This document shows positions 36,589 through 45,358 of a stretch of 64,000 bases of DNA, piece after piece. This DNA comes from a virus. The position numbers and the translations under genes were made by a program. The stretch covers positions 32,001 to 96,000 of IMG/VR virus record IMGVR_UViG_3300030012_005163; one strand, 5' to 3'. How positions within the stretch are numbered: position 1 is the stretch's first letter; each line of letters starts with the position of its first letter. Below the pieces are notes generated by a model that did no database searches, was not told the DNA's origin, and saw only the letters and a program-made list of their open reading frames with translations.

Positions 36589-39411
36589 ATGGCTTCAACA
36601 AATAGAATTTTCGTTAGTCCAGGTGTTTTTACATCAGAAAAGGATTTAACATTCGTAACAAGACAAGTGGGGGTAACTACTTTAGGGTTACTAGGGGAAA
36701 CTCCTAAAGGACCAGCATTTGAACCAGTATTCATCTCAAATTATGATGAATTTACTTCTTATTTTGGTGGTTTAGATCCTGCTAAATATAAGGGCAACGG
36801 ATACCCAAAATTTGAACTTAATTATATTGCGAGATCATTTTTAACTCAGACTAACCAACTTTATGTAAGTAGAGTATTAGGTTTATCTGGTTATAAAGCA
36901 GGAAATGCGTGGTGTATCACTTTAGACGCAGCTGCAGACCCTTCAACGGCAGCATCGGCAAGTACATCTACTTTTACTATGACATACAGTGCTAGTACAG
37001 GAGGTTCACCACTAACATTAGACTTTGATAGTGCAATTCTACAAGAATTATATGATGAAGGTGAAATTAGTAGTAGTTTTAGTGATTTAGGTTTAAAAGG
37101 AACTGGTGATACTATATCTATTTCTACACCGGCATATATAAAAGTAGGTACAACATTTTCAGGTGCTACTTTTGACTTAACTATAAACTCCACAGGATCT
37201 GGTAGTACTACTTCATTTGTAACTGGTAGTACAACAGGTACAGTAGTTACTTATACGGCATCTTCATATGGTATTGATGGTAGTGTAGTGGCAACTTTAA
37301 GATCTAGAGGTAATTATGGTGGAGACCAAATATTAGATTACACAGTATCAGGTATAACAGATGCTAGTATGACAAATACCTCCGCTATTGTAACTAATCC
37401 ATTTGGTAACTTTACTATAAGTGGTACGACAAGTAGTGGTAATGATTTTGATTATAATGTTTCATTAGATAGAACTAAAAAGAATTATTTACCTAACGTA
37501 TTTGGTGTTTATGCACAAGATAAAGAGACTGAACTTTTCGTAGAGGAATTATTCATTAATAGTTTAGATGATTTAAACACCGCAGGAAAAGTTAGAGGTT
37601 TAGATATTACGTTCCTTAGAATTAGTGGAGATTCAACTAATAACCTAAGTAACTATGAAGAAAAATATCAATCAGCCGCTTCACCATATGTTTTATCAGA
37701 ATTAAGAGGTAATAAATTACAAAGATTATTTAGGTTTATTACAATTTCTGACGGTGATGCAGCAAACAGAGATATTAAATTCTCAATTATTAATATTAAA
37801 CCAGATGATAAGACATTTGATTTAATAGTTAGAAGGTATAATGATACAGACGCTAATTTAAGTGTTATTGAGAAATTTTCTAAATTATCATTAGATCCGA
37901 GAGATAATGGATTTATTGGTAGAAAGATAGGTACTTCAGATGGAGAGTTTCCATTAAGAAGTAATTACATAATGGTAGAGATGGCAACAGATTACCCAAC
38001 TAACGGTATTCCAGCAGGTTTTGAAGGTGTACAAGTTAGAGATTACATAGGTGATAGAACGGCATTACCACCACAAATAGAATATGGAACAGAGTATCCA
38101 TCACTAAATAATTCACAATTAAGAAGATATTATTTAGGTCTTAACACAACTATTGGTGTGGATCAAGATTTCTTCGATTATAAAGGTTTAGATGCAGTTA
38201 CTAACTTAGCATATACAGGTAAATCAGATGGTTTCCATTTAGACGTAAATGCAGAAGGTGCTGAAATATCAGCGGGTGACGATAGTTACTTCCCATCATT
38301 ACAAGTGGGGATTTCAGCGTTTACTACTGAAGCTTCACTAGTAGGTGGACCATATGAAAAAGTAAGTGCTAGAAAATTCACATTTGCACCTTATGGTGGT
38401 TATGATGGATGGGATGTTTATCGTTTAGATAGAACAAATACTGACGCATACACTAAAACTGGAAGTAAAGGTAGTGAAGGATTAACTAATGGTACGTTTA
38501 CTACTTATACAACATCAGAAGGTGATGACGGTATTACTTCTGACTACTACGCATACTTAGAAGGTATTTACACTTATAATAATCCTGAAGCAGTTAACAT
38601 CAACGTATTTGCAACTCCAGGTTTAGACTTAAGAGATCAACCTTCATTAATTGATGCGGCAGTAGATATGGTTGAAAATGATAGAGCAGATTCATTATAT
38701 GTAATTACTACTCCTGATACGGATAGTTCTGGTGAAACTGTTTTAACTACGGATGAAGCGGTTGATATATTAGACGATTCCGGAATTGATAGTAACTATT
38801 CTGCAACTTACTTCCCTTGGTTACAAATGAATGATACAGAAAACAATCAGTACATTTGGTTACCACCAACTTTAGAAGTTGTTAGAAACATTGCTTTAAC
38901 GGATAACGTAGCATTCCCTTGGTTCGCAGCAGCTGGTTTAAACAGAGGTACAACAAACGCAATTAAAGCTAGAACAAAATTAACCTTAGATCAAAGAGAT
39001 GATTTATATGAAGGAAGAATTAATCCAATGGCAACATTCTCAGATGTAGGTGTTTGTATTTGGGGTAATAAAACCTTACAATCTAAAGATACGGCACTTA
39101 ACAGAATTAATGTTAGAAGATTGTTATTACAAGCTAGAAAACTTATTTCGGCAGTATCTATTAGATTATTATTCGAACAGAATGATGATGTTGTAAGAAA
39201 TCAATTCCTTTCATTAGTTAATCCAATATTGGATAATATTAGAAAAGAAAGAGGTTTAACTGACTTTAGAGTTGTATTAGATGATACACCAGAATCTATC
39301 GACAGAAATGAATTAAATGGTAGAATATTCATTAAACCGACAAGATCTTTAGAGTACATTAGTATTGAATTTAATATTACTAATACTGGAGCATCTTTTG
39401 ATGATATCTAA
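36589..39411 (+). CDS. gp18: Contractile tail sheath protein
   Basis: N-terminal FVSPGVFTSEKDL; C-terminal YSATYFPW, PWFAAAGLNRG, RINPMATF, WGNKTLQ...ALNRINVRRLL, FIKPTRSLEYI. Confidence 0.95.
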   Translation: MASTNRIFVSPGVFTSEKDLTFVTRQVGVTTLGLLGETPKGPAFEPVFISNYDEFTSYFGGLDPAKYKGNGYPKFELNYIARSFLTQTNQLYVSRVLGLSGYKAGNAWCITLDAAADPSTAASASTSTFTMTYSASTGGSPLTLDFDSAILQELYDEGEISSSFSDLGLKGTGDTISISTPAYIKVGTTFSGATFDLTINSTGSGSTTSFVTGSTTGTVVTYTASSYGIDGSVVATLRSRGNYGGDQILDYTVSGITDASMTNTSAIVTNPFGNFTISGTTSSGNDFDYNVSLDRTKKNYLPNVFGVYAQDKETELFVEELFINSLDDLNTAGKVRGLDITFLRISGDSTNNLSNYEEKYQSAASPYVLSELRGNKLQRLFRFITISDGDAANRDIKFSIINIKPDDKTFDLIVRRYNDTDANLSVIEKFSKLSLDPRDNGFIGRKIGTSDGEFPLRSNYIMVEMATDYPTNGIPAGFEGVQVRDYIGDRTALPPQIEYGTEYPSLNNSQLRRYYLGLNTTIGVDQDFFDYKGLDAVTNLAYTGKSDGFHLDVNAEGAEISAGDDSYFPSLQVGISAFTTEASLVGGPYEKVSARKFTFAPYGGYDGWDVYRLDRTNTDAYTKTGSKGSEGLTNGTFTTYTTSEGDDGITSDYYAYLEGIYTYNNPEAVNINVFATPGLDLRDQPSLIDAAVDMVENDRADSLYVITTPDTDSSGETVLTTDEAVDILDDSGIDSNYSATYFPWLQMNDTENNQYIWLPPTLEVVRNIALTDNVAFPWFAAAGLNRGTTNAIKARTKLTLDQRDDLYEGRINPMATFSDVGVCIWGNKTLQSKDTALNRINVRRLLLQARKLISAVSIRLLFEQNDDVVRNQFLSLVNPILDNIRKERGLTDFRVVLDDTPESIDRNELNGRIFIKPTRSLEYISIEFNITNTGASFDDI

Positions 39412-39431
39412 AATAAATAAAATATAATTAT

Positions 39432-39459
39432 AAGGTGGGATTATTCCCACCTTTTTTTT
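39432..39459 (+). terminator. Intrinsic terminator after the sheath gene
   Basis: AAGGTGGGA-TTAT-TCCCACCTT hairpin followed by a T run. Confidence 0.85.
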
Positions 39460-40282
39460 GTCTATGAAAATAAAATTAAGTCAATATCAAAAAAGTCTAC
39501 TTTTGGAATTTAAAAAAAGAGCATATTCATTTGATTGGGACGATAATATTTTATTTATGCCCACTAAAATTTATTTAGAGAAAAAGGTAGGTGATGGATG
39601 GATACCTGTTTTAGTAGGTACTGAAGAATTTAGAGAAATTAGGAATAGAGTTGGTAAAGATTATAGATACGAAAAAGATGACTTATATTATGCGTTTAAA
39701 GATTTCAGAGATTATGACGCATTTATAAGAGACACAAAAGAAGCATTAAGAAAAAAATCTTTCGGACCAAGTTTTAATAAATTTATTGAAGCGTTATTAT
39801 ATGGTAATGACTTTTCTATTATAACTGCTAGGGGAAATCCACCTAAAGCAATTAAAGATGGGATAAAAGTAATAATTGACACTATTTTTACTGAAGAACA
39901 AAAAGAAAAGATGTTATCTAACTTACATGGTACAACTATAGAACAATATCTAAACCTACAGGACTACTATCCTGTGACTTCTGACGAATTTGTAGAAGAA
40001 TTTGATACTGATGTAAGTGTAACTAAACCAGAAGTCGGTAAAATGATTGCATTAAAGACTTTTGTAAACAGAGTAGTTAACGCAGTTAAAGAAATGAAAG
40101 ATAATCCAGAATATAATGGTATGAGTATAGGTTTTAGTGATGATGATTTAGGTAATATAGAAAGTGCGGAGAAGTATATTGAAGAGGAATTAAAAAGATT
40201 ATATCCTGATGTTAGGTTTTTAGTGTATGATACATCTGAACCCGATAACCCTAAAAAGAAAAGAATAATAATTAAAAAATAA
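39458..40282 (+). CDS. HAD-superfamily phosphatase-like protein
   Basis: Motif I FDWDDNI, motif II IITARG, motif IV IGFSDDD. Confidence 0.65.
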   Translation: MSMKIKLSQYQKSLLLEFKKRAYSFDWDDNILFMPTKIYLEKKVGDGWIPVLVGTEEFREIRNRVGKDYRYEKDDLYYAFKDFRDYDAFIRDTKEALRKKSFGPSFNKFIEALLYGNDFSIITARGNPPKAIKDGIKVIIDTIFTEEQKEKMLSNLHGTTIEQYLNLQDYYPVTSDEFVEEFDTDVSVTKPEVGKMIALKTFVNRVVNAVKEMKDNPEYNGMSIGFSDDDLGNIESAEKYIEEELKRLYPDVRFLVYDTSEPDNPKKKRIIIKK

Positions 40283-40323
40283 GATTTTATTTAAATATAT
40301 AATATTTATTAAAAAAGACTGAA

Positions 40324-40767
40324 ATGGAAAAGAATATAAATAACGAAATTAAAAGAATGAAATCATTGTTTAATGAGGAAAGACTTTACGGTAATATAGA
40401 AAATGATAAAGAAAATTTAAATGAAGGTTTAAAGTCTACATTAAAAGGTATTGGTGGAATGTTTAGAGGTACTGGGTATAGTTATACTAAATATGCTTAT
40501 GAATTATCTGGGGCATTGAAAGAACTTAATGAAGAATTAGAAGAAACAATTAAAGAAGTTAATAAGATAATTGATAAATCTAATAAATCTAAAATGAGTA
40601 ATGTAGCATTTGATAGATTAACTGTTCATGTGGCAGATGCAATAGATACCTATAAAATGGCTATAGATACTAATGATATTATTATTAAAGACTTAGATTT
40701 CTCTGTTAGTTCTAATAGGGGGGATGAAAGAGTAGATGATACTCCACAATCACAATTACAAAGATAA
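40324..40767 (+). CDS. Hypothetical helical protein with an MEKNINNEIKRMKSLFNEERLYGN leader
   Basis: ORF track; leader nearly identical to that of 44498..45355. Confidence 0.75.
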   Translation: MEKNINNEIKRMKSLFNEERLYGNIENDKENLNEGLKSTLKGIGGMFRGTGYSYTKYAYELSGALKELNEELEETIKEVNKIIDKSNKSKMSNVAFDRLTVHVADAIDTYKMAIDTNDIIIKDLDFSVSSNRGDERVDDTPQSQLQR

Positions 40768-40852
40768 TAAAAAACATTAAAGATTTATATTTTTTTAAAA
40801 TTCAGATATTTATTAATAAAGAATAAAAAAACAACAGTAAAAAAAAGAAATT

Positions 40853-41341
40853 ATGGCAGATTTATTAATGAGAATGCCGGTTCCTTATGAACCATTAAGA
40901 AAGAATAGATGGATTCTTAGATTTCCAGATGATTTAGGAATTCAAGAATGGTGGATTTCTACTGCAAGTAGACCTAAATACACTAGTGATGAAGTATCAA
41001 TACCTTTTCTAAACACTGAAACTTATGTTATTGGTAGATTTAGATGGGAAACTATTTCTGTAACATTTAGAGACCCTATTGGACCATCTGCGACACAAGC
41101 ATTGATGGAGTGGGTAAGATTACATTCTGAGTCTGTAACTGGTAGACAAGGATATGCGGCAGGATACAAAAAGAATGTAGAGTTAGAAATGTTAGATCCT
41201 ACAGGTGTTGTAGTACAAAAATGGATTTTAGAGGGAACTCAATTAAATGATGCTGACTTTGGTGGTTTAGATTATAGTTCTTCCGACTTAGCAGACATTA
41301 CATGTACATTAAGATTTGATAGAGCGATTAACGTATTCTAA
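40853..41341 (+). CDS. gp19: Tail tube protein (T4 gp19-like)
   Basis: YEPLRKNRWILRF, WETISVTFRDPIGPS, GYAAGYKK, LEMLDPTGVVVQKW.L.G, ITCTLRFDR. Confidence 0.9.
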   Translation: MADLLMRMPVPYEPLRKNRWILRFPDDLGIQEWWISTASRPKYTSDEVSIPFLNTETYVIGRFRWETISVTFRDPIGPSATQALMEWVRLHSESVTGRQGYAAGYKKNVELEMLDPTGVVVQKWILEGTQLNDADFGGLDYSSSDLADITCTLRFDRAINVF

Positions 41342-41364
41342 ATCAAACTAACATATATAATATT

Positions 41365-41389
41365 AAAAGTCGCTTTATGCGACTTTTTC
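41365..41389 (+). terminator. Intrinsic terminator after the tube gene
   Basis: AAAAGTCGC-TTTAT-GCGACTTTT hairpin with a T-rich tail. Confidence 0.8.
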
Positions 41390-41424
41390 TATGCTTTTAA
41401 ATATTTATTTATAAACCTATTAGG

Positions 41425-44400
41425 ATGAAAATTATAATTTCCGAAACACAGTATAAAAAAGTTTTTGATAATGATTTTTTAATTGTTAGTGAACAAGTAG
41501 ACGGAATATCTGGTGTCGCAATTTCTGCTGCACCAAAATTAAATATGGGTTACCAACCTGTAAAACCTAATCAATTTAAATTAAATTCAGTACCACCCAA
41601 TTTAAGTCTTAATTTAACTGAAAAATTATTAAAATTTGGGCCTAAAGGAGAAGAGATACCTGAAATACCATTACCAGAACCAGCAAAATGTGCGCCAATG
41701 GGTATGGAATTTTACCCTACACCTGAAGGTTGGGACTGGTGTAACTCTTATCAAAAAAGTGACTCTTATATGGGTAATACTGTTACCACCTATTATTCTA
41801 ATAATAAAAAAATAGTTGTAAATGACTCAATTCCAGTTTTTGATTTTAAAAAAATATATTCTGATTATACAGTTAGGGACTCATCTACATATGGTTGGTT
41901 AAATGATGCGATTAGATCATGGAATGATGTTAATGGTAAATGGGGTGGGATGCAAAGAGATGCTAATTGGATTAAAAATATTTATAATTTAAGTGTAGAA
42001 AATATACAAAAATTAGGTGGTGATAAATTATTAGAATTATTTAGTGGGTGTAATGATAGGGAAGATGGTGTCTGTAATACAGATTTATTATATCCGGGAG
42101 TTTTAATAGAAGAATATATTGAAAGGAATATTGATACACAAAAAGACTTTTTTGTACAACTACAGAGAGAAATATTTAAAAAAGAACAGGCAAAGAAAGT
42201 TGAGGAATATAATAAAATATTAGAAAAATTTATAGAAGAAGAGAAGGAGTGGGATAAAATGTATGGTAAGGCATATGCAGATTTAGTAAATGCACAAAAA
42301 GAATTTAACACCAAATATCAAAATCCAAATGATATTCATAGAAGAAATTTTGCAGACAATACTAGAGTAGATAATAGTTACCTTAATTTTGACCCTATAA
42401 TTAAAACTACTGACACAAAAAAAGAGGAGAAAAAATACATTGAAGGTGTTGGAGATGCATTAGGTTTAGATCTTTCGGATTTACCTTTAAAAATTACTAG
42501 TAATGATTTAAAGAAAAAATTCGTTGACTATCTGCGAAAATATTATCCTGAATTTCCTAACTTAATTAAGGGTAAACCTAATGATATATCTGATATAAAA
42601 TGGTTAGAAACTAATAACACATTACAAAGATTATGGGGAAAATTTAGAGTTTATTACGCATATTTTAAGTTAGAAAAAGTTCCACCACCACCTGTAGCAC
42701 CAGATCCTGTTTCCGCCAGATCATTTTCTTCTAGAGAAGGTGATGAACTTTCTCAAAAAGAACAACAATTAGAAACATTAAAATCAATAATTACTTCTAT
42801 TACAAAATATAATCAAAAATTTATTGATCAATATAAATATTCTAAGTATTATAATTCTAACGATAAAGGTGGGTGTAAAAGAACAAGGGGTTATAAACTA
42901 GTTCGATATAACGAACCTTGTAAATCTGCGTTCCATCGAGTTTGGGAAGGTACTGGTAGTGATAGATATAGTTTTTGCCAAGAGAATGTTGAGTTAAGTA
43001 ATTGGAAAAGTTATTGTAGTAATGATAGAAATGGTGGTGTTTGGTGGTATAAAAGTAGTAAATCAACTGGTGGTTGTGGATGTGTAACTAATAGTATGAA
43101 TCAATTTTTGGATCAATATGGACAAACTTATACAGAAATTGATTATTTAACTAAAAATATTAAAACAGATGTAAGGACTATTGGTGAAAAATGGGATGAT
43201 TGTATAGGAGATTGGCATTGTGTTGCAGATATTGCATCAATCGCTGCATTAGTTGTTTTTGCACCATTAAATACAGTTGTTCCAGGTATTAGTTATGCAA
43301 TTTCTGCAGGTATTGATGCCATTAGTGCTGGTGGATACATTGTGGAAGGAGATCCTGGTTGGCAGATAAATGCAGGTTTAACACTTTTAGGTGGATTATT
43401 TAGTGGAGCAGATGCATTTAAATTGGCAAAAGCAGGTTCAAAAGCAGGTAAATTAACTAAGTGGAGTAAAGCTTTAACCGACACAGTTGAGGATATGGGT
43501 AAATTAGAATCCAAATTAAAAAAGATGAGTAAAGTAGAAGCTGATAATTTTTGGGTATCACAGTTAAGAACTAATTTAGGTGACTTATCTGCTACAGAAT
43601 TAAAATATATTGATGATTTATTAAATTCTGTCAAAAACATAAAAGGAGACTTAAAAGATAAGTTTAGTAAAATTTTAGAAGCTTTAAAACCATTAAGTAA
43701 AGGACAAAAAGCAGAATTATCTTTTTTATTGAAAAACCCTAAGACAACTAAGAATTTTATTAAGTTAGTTGAAAAAAATGGTTGGGATTTGGCAAAAACA
43801 TTAGAAAAATATCAGTTTGTAAGATTAGGTAGAGAAGGATTAATACAAGCAAGTTTATTTGGATTACTTACTAATTTTAGTGAAGAAATTGGAGAAAAAA
43901 TACTTTCTAGTATAGATATGCTTAAAGAGTTAACAGGCATAAATCTTAGACCTATGTTGGGCGTACCAGACAAAGACCCAAAGGATGGAGATAGTGAAAA
44001 GGTTAAAAAGATATTAAAAGATTTTAAAGATTATAGATTTTTTGCGAAATCTATAGATATTACATTACGTTCTTCATCTTGGAGAGAAATGCAAGAAAAA
44101 TATGATTTAAAAGTCGAAAAAGATTTATATGATGAAATTTTTAATAGTGAAGATCCGATTGTGGATACAACGGCTTTAACCAATATTTTAGCGAAATTAG
44201 ATTTAATGTATGAAATTTCAAAAGAAATGGAAAAACAAAATAAGTCTAAAGAAGAAATTAAAAATAAATTACAACAATTATTAGATGAAGCACTTAAAAT
44301 TGCGGTAGAAACTACTGGATTTAGAGATAATCTCAATACATTAGAAGATATAAGAAAAAGAACAGGATATTCTGAAGAAGATATAGAAATTTTTAAACAA

Positions 44401-44460
44401 AATAATATGGACTTAGAGTTTAATGATACTCAAGAACAAATGATGAATATCTTGTATTAA
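41425..44460 (+). CDS. Large orphan protein (1011 aa) with an internal hydrophobic pre-toxin-like module; putative ejected or internal virion protein
   Basis: Leader MKIIISETQY...LIVSEQ; hydrophobic segment at about 43213-43470. Confidence 0.5.
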   Translation: MKIIISETQYKKVFDNDFLIVSEQVDGISGVAISAAPKLNMGYQPVKPNQFKLNSVPPNLSLNLTEKLLKFGPKGEEIPEIPLPEPAKCAPMGMEFYPTPEGWDWCNSYQKSDSYMGNTVTTYYSNNKKIVVNDSIPVFDFKKIYSDYTVRDSSTYGWLNDAIRSWNDVNGKWGGMQRDANWIKNIYNLSVENIQKLGGDKLLELFSGCNDREDGVCNTDLLYPGVLIEEYIERNIDTQKDFFVQLQREIFKKEQAKKVEEYNKILEKFIEEEKEWDKMYGKAYADLVNAQKEFNTKYQNPNDIHRRNFADNTRVDNSYLNFDPIIKTTDTKKEEKKYIEGVGDALGLDLSDLPLKITSNDLKKKFVDYLRKYYPEFPNLIKGKPNDISDIKWLETNNTLQRLWGKFRVYYAYFKLEKVPPPPVAPDPVSARSFSSREGDELSQKEQQLETLKSIITSITKYNQKFIDQYKYSKYYNSNDKGGCKRTRGYKLVRYNEPCKSAFHRVWEGTGSDRYSFCQENVELSNWKSYCSNDRNGGVWWYKSSKSTGGCGCVTNSMNQFLDQYGQTYTEIDYLTKNIKTDVRTIGEKWDDCIGDWHCVADIASIAALVVFAPLNTVVPGISYAISAGIDAISAGGYIVEGDPGWQINAGLTLLGGLFSGADAFKLAKAGSKAGKLTKWSKALTDTVEDMGKLESKLKKMSKVEADNFWVSQLRTNLGDLSATELKYIDDLLNSVKNIKGDLKDKFSKILEALKPLSKGQKAELSFLLKNPKTTKNFIKLVEKNGWDLAKTLEKYQFVRLGREGLIQASLFGLLTNFSEEIGEKILSSIDMLKELTGINLRPMLGVPDKDPKDGDSEKVKKILKDFKDYRFFAKSIDITLRSSSWREMQEKYDLKVEKDLYDEIFNSEDPIVDTTALTNILAKLDLMYEISKEMEKQNKSKEEIKNKLQQLLDEALKIAVETTGFRDNLNTLEDIRKRTGYSEEDIEIFKQNNMDLEFNDTQEQMMNILY

Positions 44461-44497
44461 TTTACTATTTTTTTAAAAAAACTTAATATTTATAATT

Positions 44498-45355
44498 ATG
44501 GAGAAAAACATTAGTGAAGAAATTAAAAGAATTAAAACTTTATTTACCGAAGAAAGGTTATATGGTAACTTAGTAGAAGCAACTAATCCAGATACTAATA
44601 ATGATAATGTTATAGACGCAACTGAGTTTACTGCTTCTGGTAATGAAATAGATAGGGTTGAAGCAGAATTATTTTTAACTTCAAATAGTAAACCTAAAGA
44701 AAATTTAGTAGATTATTGTTTAAGATCAGGATCAACATTAACATTACCAAAAGAAGTAATTGAAAGTAAGGTTCCTGTGTCATCAAAATTTGTAACAAAA
44801 ATTAATTCGTCAGGTACAAACTGTTTTTGGGAAATGAGAAATCCATCATCTGCAATTATTACTGCACCACAAGTTTCGATGGTATATATTTTAGAAGGTT
44901 ATAAAATGGGATTTTTTGTTAGATTAAGTCCCGTTATTAATTTGAGTACGTTAGCAGATGCTGCTAAAACTTTGGAATATAGAGATCCTCTTCTTACATC
45001 ACTAATCACAACTAATGCGGTTAGAAATAAAGAAGAAAAAATTGAGTATCTTAAATTTGTTGGTAAGTTAAATCCATCTCAATTTTCATCAACACCTAGT
45101 TACTCAGACATTGAATACGTAGATTTAAAGTTTACTGGTTTTTATGATACTAAATTTAGGCAAGCAGAAAACAGATTAGAACAACCATTATTTAAATCAT
45201 TAGAGCATTTACCAAATGGTGGGTACAGACCATTAGATGGCGGCGGAACTAGAATTGACAATTACGCCCCAAAAGTTGATGGAATTATTGAAGAATTAGG
45301 TATTTCACCTGGTAGTGGTAAGATAGAGAGTATAATTGATAATTTACAAAGTTAA
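44498..45355 (+). CDS. Hypothetical protein with an MEKNISEEIKRIKTLFTEERLYGN leader
   Basis: ORF track; preceded by ATATTTAT at 44486-44493. Confidence 0.7.
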   Translation: MEKNISEEIKRIKTLFTEERLYGNLVEATNPDTNNDNVIDATEFTASGNEIDRVEAELFLTSNSKPKENLVDYCLRSGSTLTLPKEVIESKVPVSSKFVTKINSSGTNCFWEMRNPSSAIITAPQVSMVYILEGYKMGFFVRLSPVINLSTLADAAKTLEYRDPLLTSLITTNAVRNKEEKIEYLKFVGKLNPSQFSSTPSYSDIEYVDLKFTGFYDTKFRQAENRLEQPLFKSLEHLPNGGYRPLDGGGTRIDNYAPKVDGIIEELGISPGSGKIESIIDNLQS

Positions 45356-45358
45356 GAT

